From the human T2T-CHM13v2.0 reference genome, Homo sapiens, in the NCBI RefSeq assembly GCF_009914755.1, contig NC_060927.1: a DNA stretch of 64,000 bases, one strand, 5' to 3'. Positions 28,892-42,741 of this stretch are shown in pieces. The notes beneath the pieces are model-generated. The model did no database searches, was not told the DNA's origin, and was given only the letters and a program-made list of their open reading frames with translations. Positions within the stretch are counted from its first letter, which is position 1; each line of letters opens with the position of its first letter. The position numbers were made by a program, and so were the translations under genes.

Positions 28892-29121
28892 TCATGAGCT
28901 CATAGTGGCAGTTCTCAGAGAATGGGATATCTGTGTGCTAAGCAGTCAACCCAAGAGCTTCCTCTCACATTCCACCCCTTTAGTTTCTCAGCATTTATAA
29001 GCATTGCCTTTTCGTAGAAAACACTTAGCACAGTGCCTGGTACTTTGCAAATGTGCAATTATGTTTCAACTATTGTTTCAGTGATTGTAAATATAATTCC
29101 CATTGTTGAGGTTCTTCATGC

Positions 29122-29478
29122 CTTCTATGGACTGAATTCTTTCCCCTCCAATTTCATATGGAAATTCTTGCCCCAGTGTGGTGGTATTTGAAGGTGAGGC
29201 ATTTGGAAGTTGATTAGGTTTAGATGAGGTCATGAAGGTCGGGACTTCCTGATGACATGAATGGCCTGATAACAAGAAACAGGAGAGATCTCTCTCTCTT
29301 TCCACCATGCAAGGTACACCAAGAAGGTGTGACCTGCAAACCGGGAAAAGAGCAGGACACTGAATCTGCCAGCACTTTGATCTTAGACTCTCCAGCTTCC
29401 AGAACTATGAGAAATAAATGTTTGTTGTTTAAGCCCTTCAATGTATGACATTTTGTTATAGCAGCCCAAGCAAAGACG
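29122..29478 (+). mobile_element. MLT1A-like MaLR LTR
   Basis: ctatggactgaatt...gattaggtttagatgaggtcatg...ctccagcttccagaactatgagaaataaatgtttgttgtttaagcc...gttatagcagcc. Confidence 0.85.
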
Positions 29479-30759
29479 ACCCCATTCAAATATATTCCTG
29501 TTAATATAATCTAAATATACCATACAACACTAACAATTTAGCTGCCATTTCCAATGGAAGGGAATGCGTAGTTATACCCAGAGACTGCATTCAGCATTCA
29601 GAAGTGTCATTGAGTAACTACCAAGACTAGTCCTAAGGTAATGGCCAACTTCTCTATGAAAGGATTTCATCTTGTCTTGATATTCACCATATAGAGGATA
29701 AATCTCCAATTTAATCACCTCTACATTACTCATATCAAATAAAGGAAGAAAAGAATGAGAACAGACCAGAAAAGGTATCTGCATTCTTATATGTGCATAA
29801 ATATGTACACATACTATTTTTGTCTAAATGTATGTATGCATTTAGAAACTTTATAAACTGTTCATAAACCGTAAAGTCAAACTTGTATTTAGCCTCCCTC
29901 ACCTGACCCAATCTATGTGTCCTTTGCTGTTCCAGTGGCTTCAATATTTTTGCCTGGAATTGCTTTCATTCAAATCTTCCTAGACTGAAATCATCTTGTC
30001 CGGGGTCATCAAATGCATAGGGGTGCATTTTTTTTTGGATTTTTCATCTCTGAAGATGGAAACAAAAGAATATCAAAAGTTTGCCCCTAATTTCATTCTA
30101 TACCACAGTGTATCCATTTTGTAGAAATACCATTTGTCCCTTTGTTAATAAAGGTTACTCTCTCCAGTCAACACTACGGCTCTTGCAATTTGCCCAGCTA
30201 ATCCTGTAGTGCTAAGAGGAGCTGGTGTGGCCAGGTGACACTCTAATCTTCAATTCAGAGGTGCCATCATGGGACTCACATAAATTTTAAATGTCAAGAC
30301 CACCTAAAAACACAGAAGGGATGTGGGATAGTGGGAAACACTGTGAAAATTATATCATTGAATTAAATGTGTAATTTTATCTGAAATGGGATAAAAGGGT
30401 AGCACATAGCGATGAAGGCAGCTAGAATCCCAGGTAAAACGATAAGTTAGCTTCATCTTACATATGCTCCTTGGGGAGAGAGCTTCTTTGTTTTCATCCC
30501 CTTATGACACGAACATGGTAGACAAGGTTTTGGGGCAATGGTTTGCTTATTTTGATAAACAGGAGACATTATTATTTTGATAAATAGGAGATAAATAGAG
30601 ACGTACTTTTGCCAATAATTAAGCAATTGTACCAGCCTGAGCTGAGCATTGAAGATCTACCCAAGATATAATAGTTCCCATAAGAAGCTCAGGAGTCTTG
30701 TAGGGAGACAAACATTTTTAACACCTGTTAAAATATTAAAAATAGAGGTATATATAGGA

Positions 30760-30948
30760 CAATGGTTCTGAAACTTTAATCTGCATCAGAATCACCTAAA
30801 GAACTTGCTGAAATACAGACCCCTGGGCCTCATCCGTAGAGTTTGTGATTCAGTTAGTTTGAGGCAGAGCCTAATAATTTGCTTTTCTAACTCATTCCTG
30901 GGTGTTGCTGAGACTCATGTTCTGGGGACCACACTTTGAGAGCCACTG
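30760..30948. mobile_element. MER5A (hAT-Charlie) DNA transposon
   Basis: caatggttctgaaactttaatctgcatcagaatcacct...ggaccacactttgagagccactg; TIRs; 189 bp. Confidence 0.9.
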
Positions 30949-31889
30949 GCATAGCAACCTGTGAAGTCACGACAGAAGCATGTTCTCTCCATCTGGAGGA
31001 GAACTGGGGGAGTAAATCGATTGTTAGGGCTCTTAATTACAAAAAGCAGCTCTTAGCCATTTAAGTAGAATGGGAGTACATTAAGTGGGTATTGGGTGGT
31101 TCATGGGCAAATCGTGGAGGCCAGTTTTCCAGAAACAATGCCCCAAGCCATGTACAAGTGGCCTGATGACTAAAGGGCCACCAAGACTTGAGTAAGGCGT
31201 ACTTAGCACAGTTTCAGAGCTGCCAGGAACATAACTCTGCTGCAGTTCTGATTGTGCCAATATTGATGCCACTTCTTAGGATGACTATCTTCCCTGAATG
31301 CCAGATTGTTTTTCCCCACTCTTGGGTTTGATCTGGAGCCTTCTACTTCAAGTGGTTTAATTTTGAAGCAAATTGTCATATGGTGAAATTTGGTGGGTGG
31401 ATTCCTATCTCCTATCACATAAATTAGATGTGAAGGAAGCTGGGGAGGTGATACTAAAAGGCTTAACATATCCTCACACATAGAGAGATTATTCAAAAGG
31501 GACTGTGCATGCAGGAGATGTGTCCATTGCAGGAGATTTTACACAAATTTGGATGCTTCCATTCAGAAGAAAAGGGTAAGGGTAGTCTGTCAGATTAGGA
31601 GAAGATATGGGAAAAAGATTGAGTTACAAAGGAAATACTTGATGAAACCTACATGATTCTGTATGACCTGGCTTCGCTACAAGATCTCCTTCCAGGCTCA
31701 TCTTGCCATTCATTTCCTCCTGGTCCTTCAACTCCAGATGTACAGGCCACCTTTCAAAGCATGATACATGCAGACACATGTCTTGTGTACATGCTGCTCA
31801 TCACATCTGGAGCTCTTATCCTCCTTTTTTTCTAGGTTAATTCTCAGCTCAGTTTTCACCTCCTCCTCCAGACCTTCCCTTACCTACCT

Positions 31890-32314
31890 CACTGCTATCA
31901 CAAAGTGCTCTAGACTGCAAGGCTTAGAAACAGAAATTTATGGACTCACATTCCTGAAGTCTGGAAGTCTGAGATCAAGATGTCTGCAGAATTGATTCCT
32001 TCTGAGGACCAAGACAGGAGGATCTGCTCCAGGCCTCTCTCCTTAGCTTGTAGATGGACTTCTTCTCCCTGTGTTTCTTCACTTATCTTCCCTCTGCTTG
32101 TCTGTGTTTGTGTCCAAATGTCCCCCTTTTTATAAGGATATCATGCATTCCAGATTAGGGCCCAGCCTAATAATCTTATGTTAACTTAATTCTGTTAATT
32201 TTGGAGAGATTACCTCTCCAAAGAGGCTATCTCTAAATAAGATCACATTCTGAGATATTGGGGGTTAAGACTTCAATGTGTCTTTATTTGGGAGTCATAA
32301 TTCAACTCACAGCT
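31890..32314 (-). mobile_element. MLT1B/C-like MaLR LTR nested in L2-like sequence
   Basis: cagaaatttatggactcacattcctgaagtctggaagtctgagatcaag...cacattctgagatattgggggttaagacttcaa. Confidence 0.85.
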
Positions 32315-33849
32315 ATAGATTTTATGGCACCACACACTTCCACTTTCAGAATATACTACAGCTATAACTTTACTCTTATTTGTGCAGTGATGTCTATCTG
32401 CATAAATAAATATGGGTGGATATCTACCTCCTCCATTAAATCACTCTCTAAGATGGCAAGGTCAGCATCTTAGAGGTGCCAGTGTATGTGTATTAAACAA
32501 ACAAAAGGTAAACCGTCCTACACACCTGCCTAAGTTGTTTGGTCTTTGTCACGTGGGCCATGAGACATAGAGGCGTGACTTGATGAGAACTTCGATTTAG
32601 AAAATGAGAACACCACCTCCTCCCTAAACATCAGCACCAAGTAAATGCCAAGTGCATCACATGCTGTTGGGTGAGGGTTGTGTGCAGTCTAGAAAGCTTC
32701 ACAGTTTAAAGCATTCTCTCTACAGCTTCCCCTAGGAAAATAATACATCAGCAGTGAAATGAAAACAGCATGCAGTTTCCCAGTGCATTTATTCTCTGGC
32801 TGCAGAAGTAGGTTTAGAACATAATCTCGCTAGAAATATGTGTGTCCGTCAGCGCTTATGTGGGAAAGGGACTTCCATGCTGGCATTTGAAATTGTCAGT
32901 GTGTTCCATTTCCATGTATATTGTTTTAGCACGGGATTTTCAAAATAATACAGTGTCAGTAAGATATGAGCTGTTAAACACCCAAAGGATTTGCCAAAAG
33001 ACTATATGAGATGCCCTCTGGGGTTTTATATGATAATTTTTTTTTAAGTAACAAAAATGAGAGCTAAATCTGGGAGGCAGGGAATTAGCAAAGTGATGTG
33101 GTAGACACTTAAAATTGTTAAATAAACCACATTCCTCTAGGTTTTAAATGTTTGCAACAGTTCTTCCAAAGGTAAGGAAGTGAACAGGATGATTTCCTAG
33201 CCATGTATCTATGACACTGTGGCCTTAACTCTGACAATAGCAATCCCAATCATTGCCCATTTTCAAGAGCTGGACTCATCTATTTCTTTTTGCTAGAAGC
33301 TTCCCAAACAGTGCTCACATCTTTTAGAGCTCACCAACCCCAGGACATCCGTGAAAGACCATATGTAGTCTTCCCCCCCGCCCCCCCCACATATATCTAT
33401 ATATAAATATTACATATTTGTCCCAAAAATGGCATCATTGCACATGGTGTCAATGGCTATAAACTTAACTTCTGATGTTGAATTTCCGAAAAGAACAATT
33501 TTTGAGTATTTGTTGGCAAGATAAAAGATCTTTGGAGTTCTACTTGAAAACTGATACTTCCTTTGAAGGATTACATCCAGTGGTCCCATGAAACTGAACT
33601 TTTTAAAAATGATGAATGAGATAAGTAGTGAACTATGGATGTTTAATAGACATATATTGAGTCTCTAATGGATACAGATACTATGCTCTATGTCAGCCCC
33701 ACTGTCAAGAATATTGTTTACCAGAGGAGGATACACATATACATATCTATGCTATTATAATAATAATAACAGATACACATAATTTATTATATGTATGTGT
33801 ATGTGTATATATAGATATACACCTATATATTACTATATATGTGTATTTA

Positions 33850-34010
33850 ACCTCAGAAGAGTCTTATAGGGTAAGTACTATTAATTTCTCCATCATCCAG
33901 AAAAGGACGCCGAGGTACAGGGACTTGTCCAAGGTCACCAAGCTGGGAAGTAACAGAGCCAGTATTTAAACACTGGCAGGTAAGTTGACTTCATAATTCT
34001 TGTTTTAGTC
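33850..34010 (-). mobile_element. MIR fragment
   Basis: gtaagtactattaatttctccatcatccagaaaagg...gacttgtccaaggtcaccaagctggg. Confidence 0.7.
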
Positions 34011-35322
34011 ACAATGCCCCTCTAAGGCATGACTAAACTCCTTAAGAATGAAGTTAACTACATTCAAATTCATCACCAAGTTCTCTCGTCTTTACTACTT
34101 ACAATCCTGAATTTCACCACTTCTCTCCATTTCTGCTGCCACTCCCCTGGTCCAGACCAATGTAATGTCTCACAGGGACATCAGAAAAAACTTACCAACT
34201 GCTCTCCCCACCCCTCTCCGGCTCCACCCCATCCCTCTTTTGGTGGCCCTAACAGTCTTATAAAATGCATTTCATATGTTACATGTTTCTAAAGTTGTCC
34301 AGTGGTTTGTCATTTATCACTGGATGAGGAACAATATCCTGAATATTTCTGCAAGCTTCTAAGTAACTTGGCCCTGCTTGGATCAACATTGCTTCTTAGA
34401 AGGCCCTTTTCCACATTGCCTATTTTGGGTACCACACATACTGTTCTTTGCTGTTCCTCAAATACATGCTGATGTTCTAGACTCATGGTTCAAACACATC
34501 CTATTCCTTCTGCCTAAAATACTCTCCTAGGCGTCCCCAGCCCCACCCCACATTCATTTACTCAGTTAACTCCTGGACCTCAGAGCTTGGCTCAGATTTC
34601 ACTACTTCATAGAAGCCTAACCTCCTCCCCCAGAATGAGATAGTTTCCTCTTTAATAGCTTATTTTAACAGCTTATACTTTTCTGTGTGGTCTTTATCCC
34701 TAATTGCCATTAAGACATTTTTTATTTTGCTTTTGATTATCTCTATCCTCTAAATTGCAAGCTCATTAGAGTAGGAATTTTATTTCCTTTTGTTTCCCAC
34801 ATAAAATCGTGCATGGTCAAATTGCTGAATTTCTGTTGAATGCCCACAGTAAGAGAGATATTTCTTTTGAGGCAGAAAGTGAGGCCACATTGAGAAGGTG
34901 GTATTTAATCTCTATTTTGAAGGGTGGCTAGTTTCTAAATAAGACTAGGGGTGGGAGTATGGATGATGTCTTTCCAGGTAGCAGAAATCACTTAAAAAAC
35001 TTAGTGATGGAAAAACACAATGTTTGTAGCTGGTGAAGAGTGTGGATTCATTTGAATACAGATTAGAAGATCGTGAGTATCAGAAGATAATTTTGAATAA
35101 TTATGCTCAGATAAAACTGGAGAGCCTAGAGTGATACTTTTATTCTGTAAAGAAAAAGAAACCACTAAAAACATATTAAAGATAAGAGTGACATCATAGT
35201 GATTTAGAATTATTTGACAGAGACACATTTAAAATAGAATTTTTTTAGAATCATCATGCTAGGTTTCAATCCCAGCTCTCATCTTTAATTGCTGTTTGTC
35301 CTTGTACATTTTATTTAAGCAC

Positions 35323-35714
35323 TGTATTATCTAGGGCAGTCCTTTTTATGACAAACACATCCTGAAGTTTCAGTGGCTGACTACAATAAAAGTTTATTTC
35401 TAGTTGTTGTCCAATATGGGATGCCTTGGTCAGTAGTCCTTGGTCTTTATTCCCTGTATCTTGTTCTACAATCACCCTAAAACTTCAGAGTCCACTGAGT
35501 TTGGCTGGCAAATAGGAGAGGAGATAGGGAAGTGCTATCTGCTTCACAAAAACTCCAATTTCATCTTCTATGGGTGAAAACTAGTCATGTGGCTTTGCCT
35601 AGAGGCAAAGGGTACTGATAAAATTCTTGGCTGGGTAGCTGCCTTCCAGGGCAACTTTACTCAATGGAAAGAGAAGTTTGAATTTTTGGTAGGTAGTCAG
35701 CCAATTTTGTGACA
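35323..35714 (-). mobile_element. Old MLT1 (J/K-like) LTR interrupting a MIR
   Basis: tttcagtggctgactacaataaaagtttatttc...aaactagtcatgtggc; MIR-like sequence on both sides (about 35260-35320 and 35715-35840). Confidence 0.5.
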
Positions 35715-36358
35715 TACTCTAAGCTTTAATTTATTTTTCAGTAAAATGAGAATGACAATAGCAGCTAATATATAGACTGATTATGATGAATAATGGTGTA
35801 ATACATTAAATGTCCCAGCACAAAGTCAAGAACATAAGAGGTCCCTCCTTCGGATTAAGGAGCGAGATCAGGCCCAAACTCCATTGAGGGCAATAGAAAA
35901 GGAGATGAATGGAGAAAAACCAAGAAAAGTATGTGTTTTACTTGGTTCTAAATTGATGTTTTCAGTTTTGCTTTTGGAACATGTATTTAAACTCTTGAAG
36001 ACTTGAATGGAAATGATAACTTTCCTACATTCTGCTAGAGACAGCTCTCTGCAATGCAGCCAGCAGCTGCTCGTAGCAGTCCTGTTCTGTGCAAATACCA
36101 TAGTCTCCATCCATCAACTGAGCACCATCAAGTTTTCAAAGCTTGCCTTGATTTTATAATATTTAATAATTTTACATTCTGAGTTATTTATTCATGTTTT
36201 AAGATTGGCTGACTCCATTGTCATGTCTCCATGAAACAAAGACTTTGTTTAGAATGTGGAAGAGATTATTGTGTCACTTCTTCATTTGGTGCCTAAAGCA
36301 GAGTATAGAGCATGTATGAAAACTATTTAATGATGAGTAACAACTTGAATCAACTTGA

Positions 36359-36667
<309 letters not shown>

Positions 36668-36949
36668 AAAATTTTGCATTTTATTAATAAGCATCATCAA
36701 AAGTAAAACAAAAATTCTGCTAGAGGAGTCAGTACAAACCCACCAAAAGCTGAAGTGATATCTCCATTGTTGATTAATCTTTATCTATCTGTGTGTAGGT
36801 GGGTATGTAAATGTTAAAGAGCTCATACCACCTGCATCGTTACATACAATAGTTTCATGTGATTTCTAATTTTGACTACTTTATCCAGTTCAAAATAATA
36901 CTGTGTGATATAGAACCTTAAAGAGAGCTACGTTTACATTTGTAGAATA

Positions 36950-37053
36950 GGCCAAGGAAACATGTTCATGCCTATAAGGCAGAGGTGGGAGGATCACTTG
37001 AGTCCTGGATTTCAGGACCAGCCTGGGCAACATAAGGAGACCTCATCTCTATA

Positions 37054-37095
<42 letters not shown>

Positions 37096-37260
37096 GCTGG
37101 GTGTGGTGGTGCATGCCTGTGGTCTCAGCTACTCTAGAGGCAAAGGTGGGAGGATTGATTGAGCCTGCCAGGAGGTCGGTGCTGCAGTGACCTGTGGTGA
37201 TAGTGCCACTTCACTCCAGTCTGGGTGACAGAGCAAGACCCTGTCTTGAAAAAAACAAAG
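36950..37260 (+). mobile_element. AluJ with A34 expanded central linker
   Basis: J-type gcctgggcaacataaggagacc, ggaggattgattgagcc, gctgcagtga, gaccctgtct; A-run 37060-37093. Confidence 0.92.
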
Positions 37261-38329
37261 AGCAAATAAATCCCAAGATGTGGCACTTTATATTATGATT
37301 TTGCAAACTCATCCTTTCATCTTTATTCATTCAGTGCAGAAAATATACGCAATTGACCTGCTACATTTATCTGCAAAAACTGAGTAATCTACTCCTCTTT
37401 TAAAGAGTTGGCATATATTAAGTAATTTTTAATATTGCCTAGAAAGGTAAGCTAAGTAGTTGAATTTTACCCTTCCAGGCACCCATACTGGAAACTTTGT
37501 AGTGGCTTTTTCATTCATGTCTCTTCCTTGTCTCTTAGAACTCTTGTTGGCCAAGGCTTTGAGTTAATTACATCTTGGTTACATTCCATTCTTCCATCCT
37601 CTTAGTTTCTATCTTGACTGAGGTCCACACCTCAACTATTATTATAGCCAGAAAACTCATCCATCTTCTATTTTATACCTGTGACTTCACGAATCAGCTT
37701 TATTCATGTCATGCAAAGTCCTAGGAGTCACCATTACCTGTAAAAGAATATAAGTTAACCTTCATGTGAAGCGGAATTAAAGAACCACAAGATACAAGTA
37801 GTACAATCAGTGCCATTCAGTACAAACTAAGTTCCAGCCAGAGTAAGCTTGTCAGTCTTTTCACATAGACTCCAAATTTTTCTGAATCCTTATCTTTGCT
37901 CATTTTGTTCCCATTCTCTATCACTTCTACAGAATTCTGATCCTAACTCTGCCTTTTTTTTTTAAACCAAAGTATTGAGGAAGTGATTTAAACTCTGGAG
38001 CCTCTGTCTTCTAATTATTAAAATAGGCTCCAAAATGCATAGCCTTTAAGGCTCTTAGAGGTTGAAATATCAAAGTGAAAATAACATCTTTTTGCTCCAT
38101 GCAACCAAGGCACATCTTCTGTTTGTCTAGAATGACAGGCACCACTTTATACTTATTTTATGCACTGGTATTATTTCTACTACCTAACATGAGCTCTTTG
38201 AGGAATCAGTAATTATGTTGAAGTCATCTTGTATCTCTTTTGCTGCTGCGCTTAATGACGAAAGAGCAGTATTTGATTCATCCAGGTAACCAGTTGATAT
38301 CTTGTAGTTATTAGCTATAATAAACTTAA

Positions 38330-38510
38330 GAAGAGAAGAAGGAATAAAGGAGGGAAGGAAGGAGGGAGGAAGGGAGGGAGGGAGGGAGGGAGGAAAGGAA
38401 GGAAGGCGGGCGACAGAGTGACATGGAGGAGACAGGAGAGTTAGACGGGGTGGGAGAAAAGAAGGAAATAGAAAGAAGGGAATGAAATGCAGGGAGGGAG
38501 GGAGGAAGGA
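38330..38510. repeat. Polypurine (GGAA/GGGA)n low-complexity tract
   Basis: gaaggaaggagggaggaagggagggagggagggagggaggaaaggaaggaagg. Confidence 0.9.
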
Positions 38511-39611
38511 CCTAATTTTTATTTTGTTTTTAAATATCGAGAATCATGATATATAATGTGTTTTTAATGCTACAACCGATTAAACCTCTTTCTTAATGTA
38601 TGTGCTTAGGACGAAGAGCAACACTTTCTTATCATTACCTATAACTTACTATTACTTAATTAAGACCTCAAGTCTGATTAAATCCTATCACAAATGAAAA
38701 TGCTTTTATAATAAATTTTTAAAATTTCAATAGTAATGTTCACTGCTTTTCTGAAATAACTCCTCTAATATTTTGTTCAAAATACCCAGTCCTATGTTAG
38801 ATGTTTAGAAAACTTGCTTTCTTGCTTATTTTTCTTCTTGCTTTTGCTCAGATTTGTTGATTAATTGACTTTTGTATCAGCAGATGACTCTTTAATGAAT
38901 TTAATGTATTGGTTAAGCACATCTATTGGCCAACGTGAAAGCAAGACTTCTTAAAGAATCATTTCTCTGTGTTTTATTAAAGTCAAAGTCATATCATGGC
39001 TTCAGAAAGTCTGGACAAAACATCTAAGAATATGTATGCATTAATTAAATTACTCTGAAAGTAACATCTCCAATATATTAGACATAACATATGAGATAAA
39101 AATTGACTTAGAAGCTTTTTTTTAGGTCTTTTTCATTGCCTTGTTTCTGCCACTCTCTTCCTGACTTATTTTTCATTATTTGTTTTACATTGTGTAATCA
39201 GATTTTGGTTTTTTTTTTCCACTTTGTATTATAAATGACCCAATGAGCTTGCCCTACTATTAAACACTTGGCATCCATGTAGATCCCTATCAATGCTGTG
39301 TGATTAGCAGAGCTCACTGCTTAGCTCCTTGCACACCTCAGCTCACCTCTAATTTCTGTCTTCTAAGCTGTTTGGTTTGTATAGGTTTATACGCTGAATG
39401 TGATGGCTAGATTCAAGAGTCGACCCATAAAGCAGAAATTGAACATCATCAAAATTAATCTTGAAAACTGTAGGAAAGGCAAAATTGCAGATGGGTGTCC
39501 CTCTCAACTGGCCTAACACAGTTGGGTTTTCTCCCCAATGTTGAAGTAGATATACTTATTCAGTAGTGATAAACCAGATAAGTATGTTGGGTTTGTATGT
39601 CAAGTATGTCA

Positions 39612-39943
<332 letters not shown>

Positions 39944-42435
39944 AAAAAAATGTTATCTTGGTACTCTAGAAACAAACATAGTACACTGCAAACTTCACTT
40001 TGTGCAGAGATCTTTGATATCTAAAATCTCTGGAGGTATTGTCAGGTCCTTGTCTCCTTGACTCCCTAACTCCCAACTGCACCGACACAAAACACCATGG
40101 GGCATGAGCAAGTGGAAGCATCTAAAATATTTAATTGTCCCCCTCCCAATCATTTCTGTTTGTTTCCAAAAATAAACCTCTAATATATGCAAGTGACTCT
40201 ACTACTGCACATCTGTAAAGGAGAACAACAGCCAGGATTTCTCTCTGGATAGTCACAGCTTGCTTTGGTGTTGATTTTTTTCAATGTTTTCTCATTTAGA
40301 TTATAGACGTCAACCACTGGTTTGCTTTTCTACTCTATATTTTAGATTCAAAATAGTCACTGCTGCAGAAGGAGCCGCATATGCGTACCTTAAAAAAGGT
40401 GGTTGATTTTATCCACCTACTGGCTTATACTGGAGAGACTTGTTTGAACTAACAGGAGTCGGTTGACCTCTCCTGCCCTACAGACACCTTGTAACTTGCC
40501 TCCTACTTGATTCATTCAGCTTGTTGATGTGGGAGTTGTAATATATATAGCATTGAGTAAGAAGTGCAATGCTTGTCTTAAACTTTGTACATGCCACTAA
40601 GTCATATTTAAGGGAGAGCAATCTGGCCAGGAATTAAGTGCATTTGATATAGGAATAATTGAAAAATAGTATAGGGGAAACACTCAATTTACCTTGGCTT
40701 TTAAAATTTTACACAAAAGTGAAAGTTTGAGAAATCTCCCAGACTTCTTTCCCTTCCCAGAGATTTACTTCCATTAGCGTATCAGTGACCTTAAGAAGTC
40801 CAGAGTTAGAAACGCTTTAAACTGGTTAACAGGGAATTTCAAAATTTAATTGACCTTAGAATCTACCACCTTCCAATTTTCTTTTAACCTTCTTTTATTA
40901 GCATCTGACTTTCACAGAACATTGTTTGAAAAGTGATGATATAGAAACAGTGCAAATAACATCAATCAATTTAAAACAAATTATCACAGAAATTAGTTGG
41001 TACAACTTGCTAAGTGATAAGCCACACTAGAATCTGGTGGCCACCACTTGCTTTTCGAACTGTTGACAAATCATCCTCTTGTTAATTTGTGCTAAAATTT
41101 TGGCCAGGATTGATATTAATAGCTACTGTGTTGCTGTCTGCAAAGAATATGGTAGAATCACTGTGCATTGCATTCTTAGGTGCAGGAGGCTCATACTTCT
41201 TACATCTCTCACTTTTCATAAGAGCCTAACACACCCAGACAGCAATCTGTGGACCCGCAGTATTAGACTGGCTGCTTAAGAGTACAGACTAGGGTGGTGC
41301 TCAGAATGACCTACATTTTAATATCCCCCGGCAACTGCAGCAGTCACCTTCAATGGGTATAATTTGTTCATATCACAGTTTCTAATTTGAAGAGCTGGGT
41401 TCAAATCTAGTGTGTTTTGACCTCAAAATTCATACTGTTTTTCAAATAGACCCCAAGTTAAGGAAGAATTTACCAGATACCTCTTTTTAGCGAAGAAGTA
41501 CTTTAGCAGGTAATTGACAAACTTACATCTTTCCTCTCTCTTAAGTCCCTAAATCTTGTCTCTATGCCGATTATAAAGACCTCTGTAAATTAAATGCAGC
41601 AAAGAAATGTTCCATCTGACCAGTAATTTGCTGCTAACACCTACCATTGTATTCCTTTTGTTCCTACTTTTTATTTCTAGTGAGCTCTTCTATCATAGTT
41701 TGCAACCCTTGAGTTTTCAAATTTTAAGCCAGTCCTTTTTATCCTTAATTCACACACCGATTTACCTCCCTTTCTAGAAAGTCATTTTACTTTGGAATTG
41801 GGTAAAACATCCCATGCTCATTTTTGCAATAATGAGTTTCATTCCACTAAATCTTGGCGACTTTTGAGATTATTTCCCTCTCTGCTACAGGTTCAGTGTC
41901 CACTCATTAACCATATTTTTATCATAGATATACAGACGGAGAAGATTTCAAATGCTTTTTCCGGTTCTTCCCAATCTTCTGTTATATGTTACAATTAAGC
42001 TCTTAAACCATTACCCTTCTCTTCCTTCCATACCCAATGGCCTTCATAATGAGGGGACATATGGCATCCCATCACTTATAATGCCATATCTTCCATACTA
42101 TTTTTTAGGTTTCTATTAAAGGCCTTTCAATTAGATTTGTCTCCCTTCAATGCAGATTCATTCTTACCAGTCTGTAAGGGTTCTCTTTTCCTCTCTGTAG
42201 TCTACTATTTTGGAATCTTCCCTAGGGTTTAAAAATCCAGGCACCATCTCTTGACACTAACTTGTTGGTCAGTTGTTAGTATTCCATATTCTCATTTTTT
42301 TTTAAGGCATTAAAAATAGCAAAGAAGGCAAATCTCTGTATTTTACAAGCTGTGACATTTATTAAAGAAGAAGTATCCTTTCCTCCAGCTTTCAAAATAA
42401 TATTTTAGAAACACTATTGAATAATGATTTAAAAT

Positions 42436-42741
42436 ATTTATTTATTTATTTATTTTTGAGGCAGAGTCTTGCTCTGTCACCCAGGCTGGAGTGCGGTGGT
42501 GTGATCTTGGCTCACTGCAGCCCTGACCTCCCGGGCTCAAGTCATCCTCTTGTCTCAGCCTCCCCAGTAGCTGGAACTACAGGCATGCACCAGCACACCC
42601 AGTTATTTTTATTTTTTATTTTTTGGGGAGATGAGGTGACTATGTTGGCCAGGCTGGTCTCAAACTTTTGAGCTCAAGCGATCCTCCCTCCTTGGCCTCC
42701 TGAATTGCTGGGATTACAGGTGTGAGCCACCTCTCTCAGCT
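42436..42741 (-). mobile_element. AluJ with (TTTA)n tail
   Basis: J-type cactgcagccctgacctcccgggctcaagtcatcctc and gctcaagcgatcctcc. Confidence 0.93.

Noticed and set aside
32630-32650. REST/RE1 site (tcagcaccaagtaaatgcc)
   Set aside because: Only the left half matches; the GGACAG right half is absent.
42059-42089. Hairpin atatggcat...atgccatat as a miRNA or structured RNA
   Set aside because: A 9-bp stem is too short for a pre-miRNA and plausible by chance in 64 kb.
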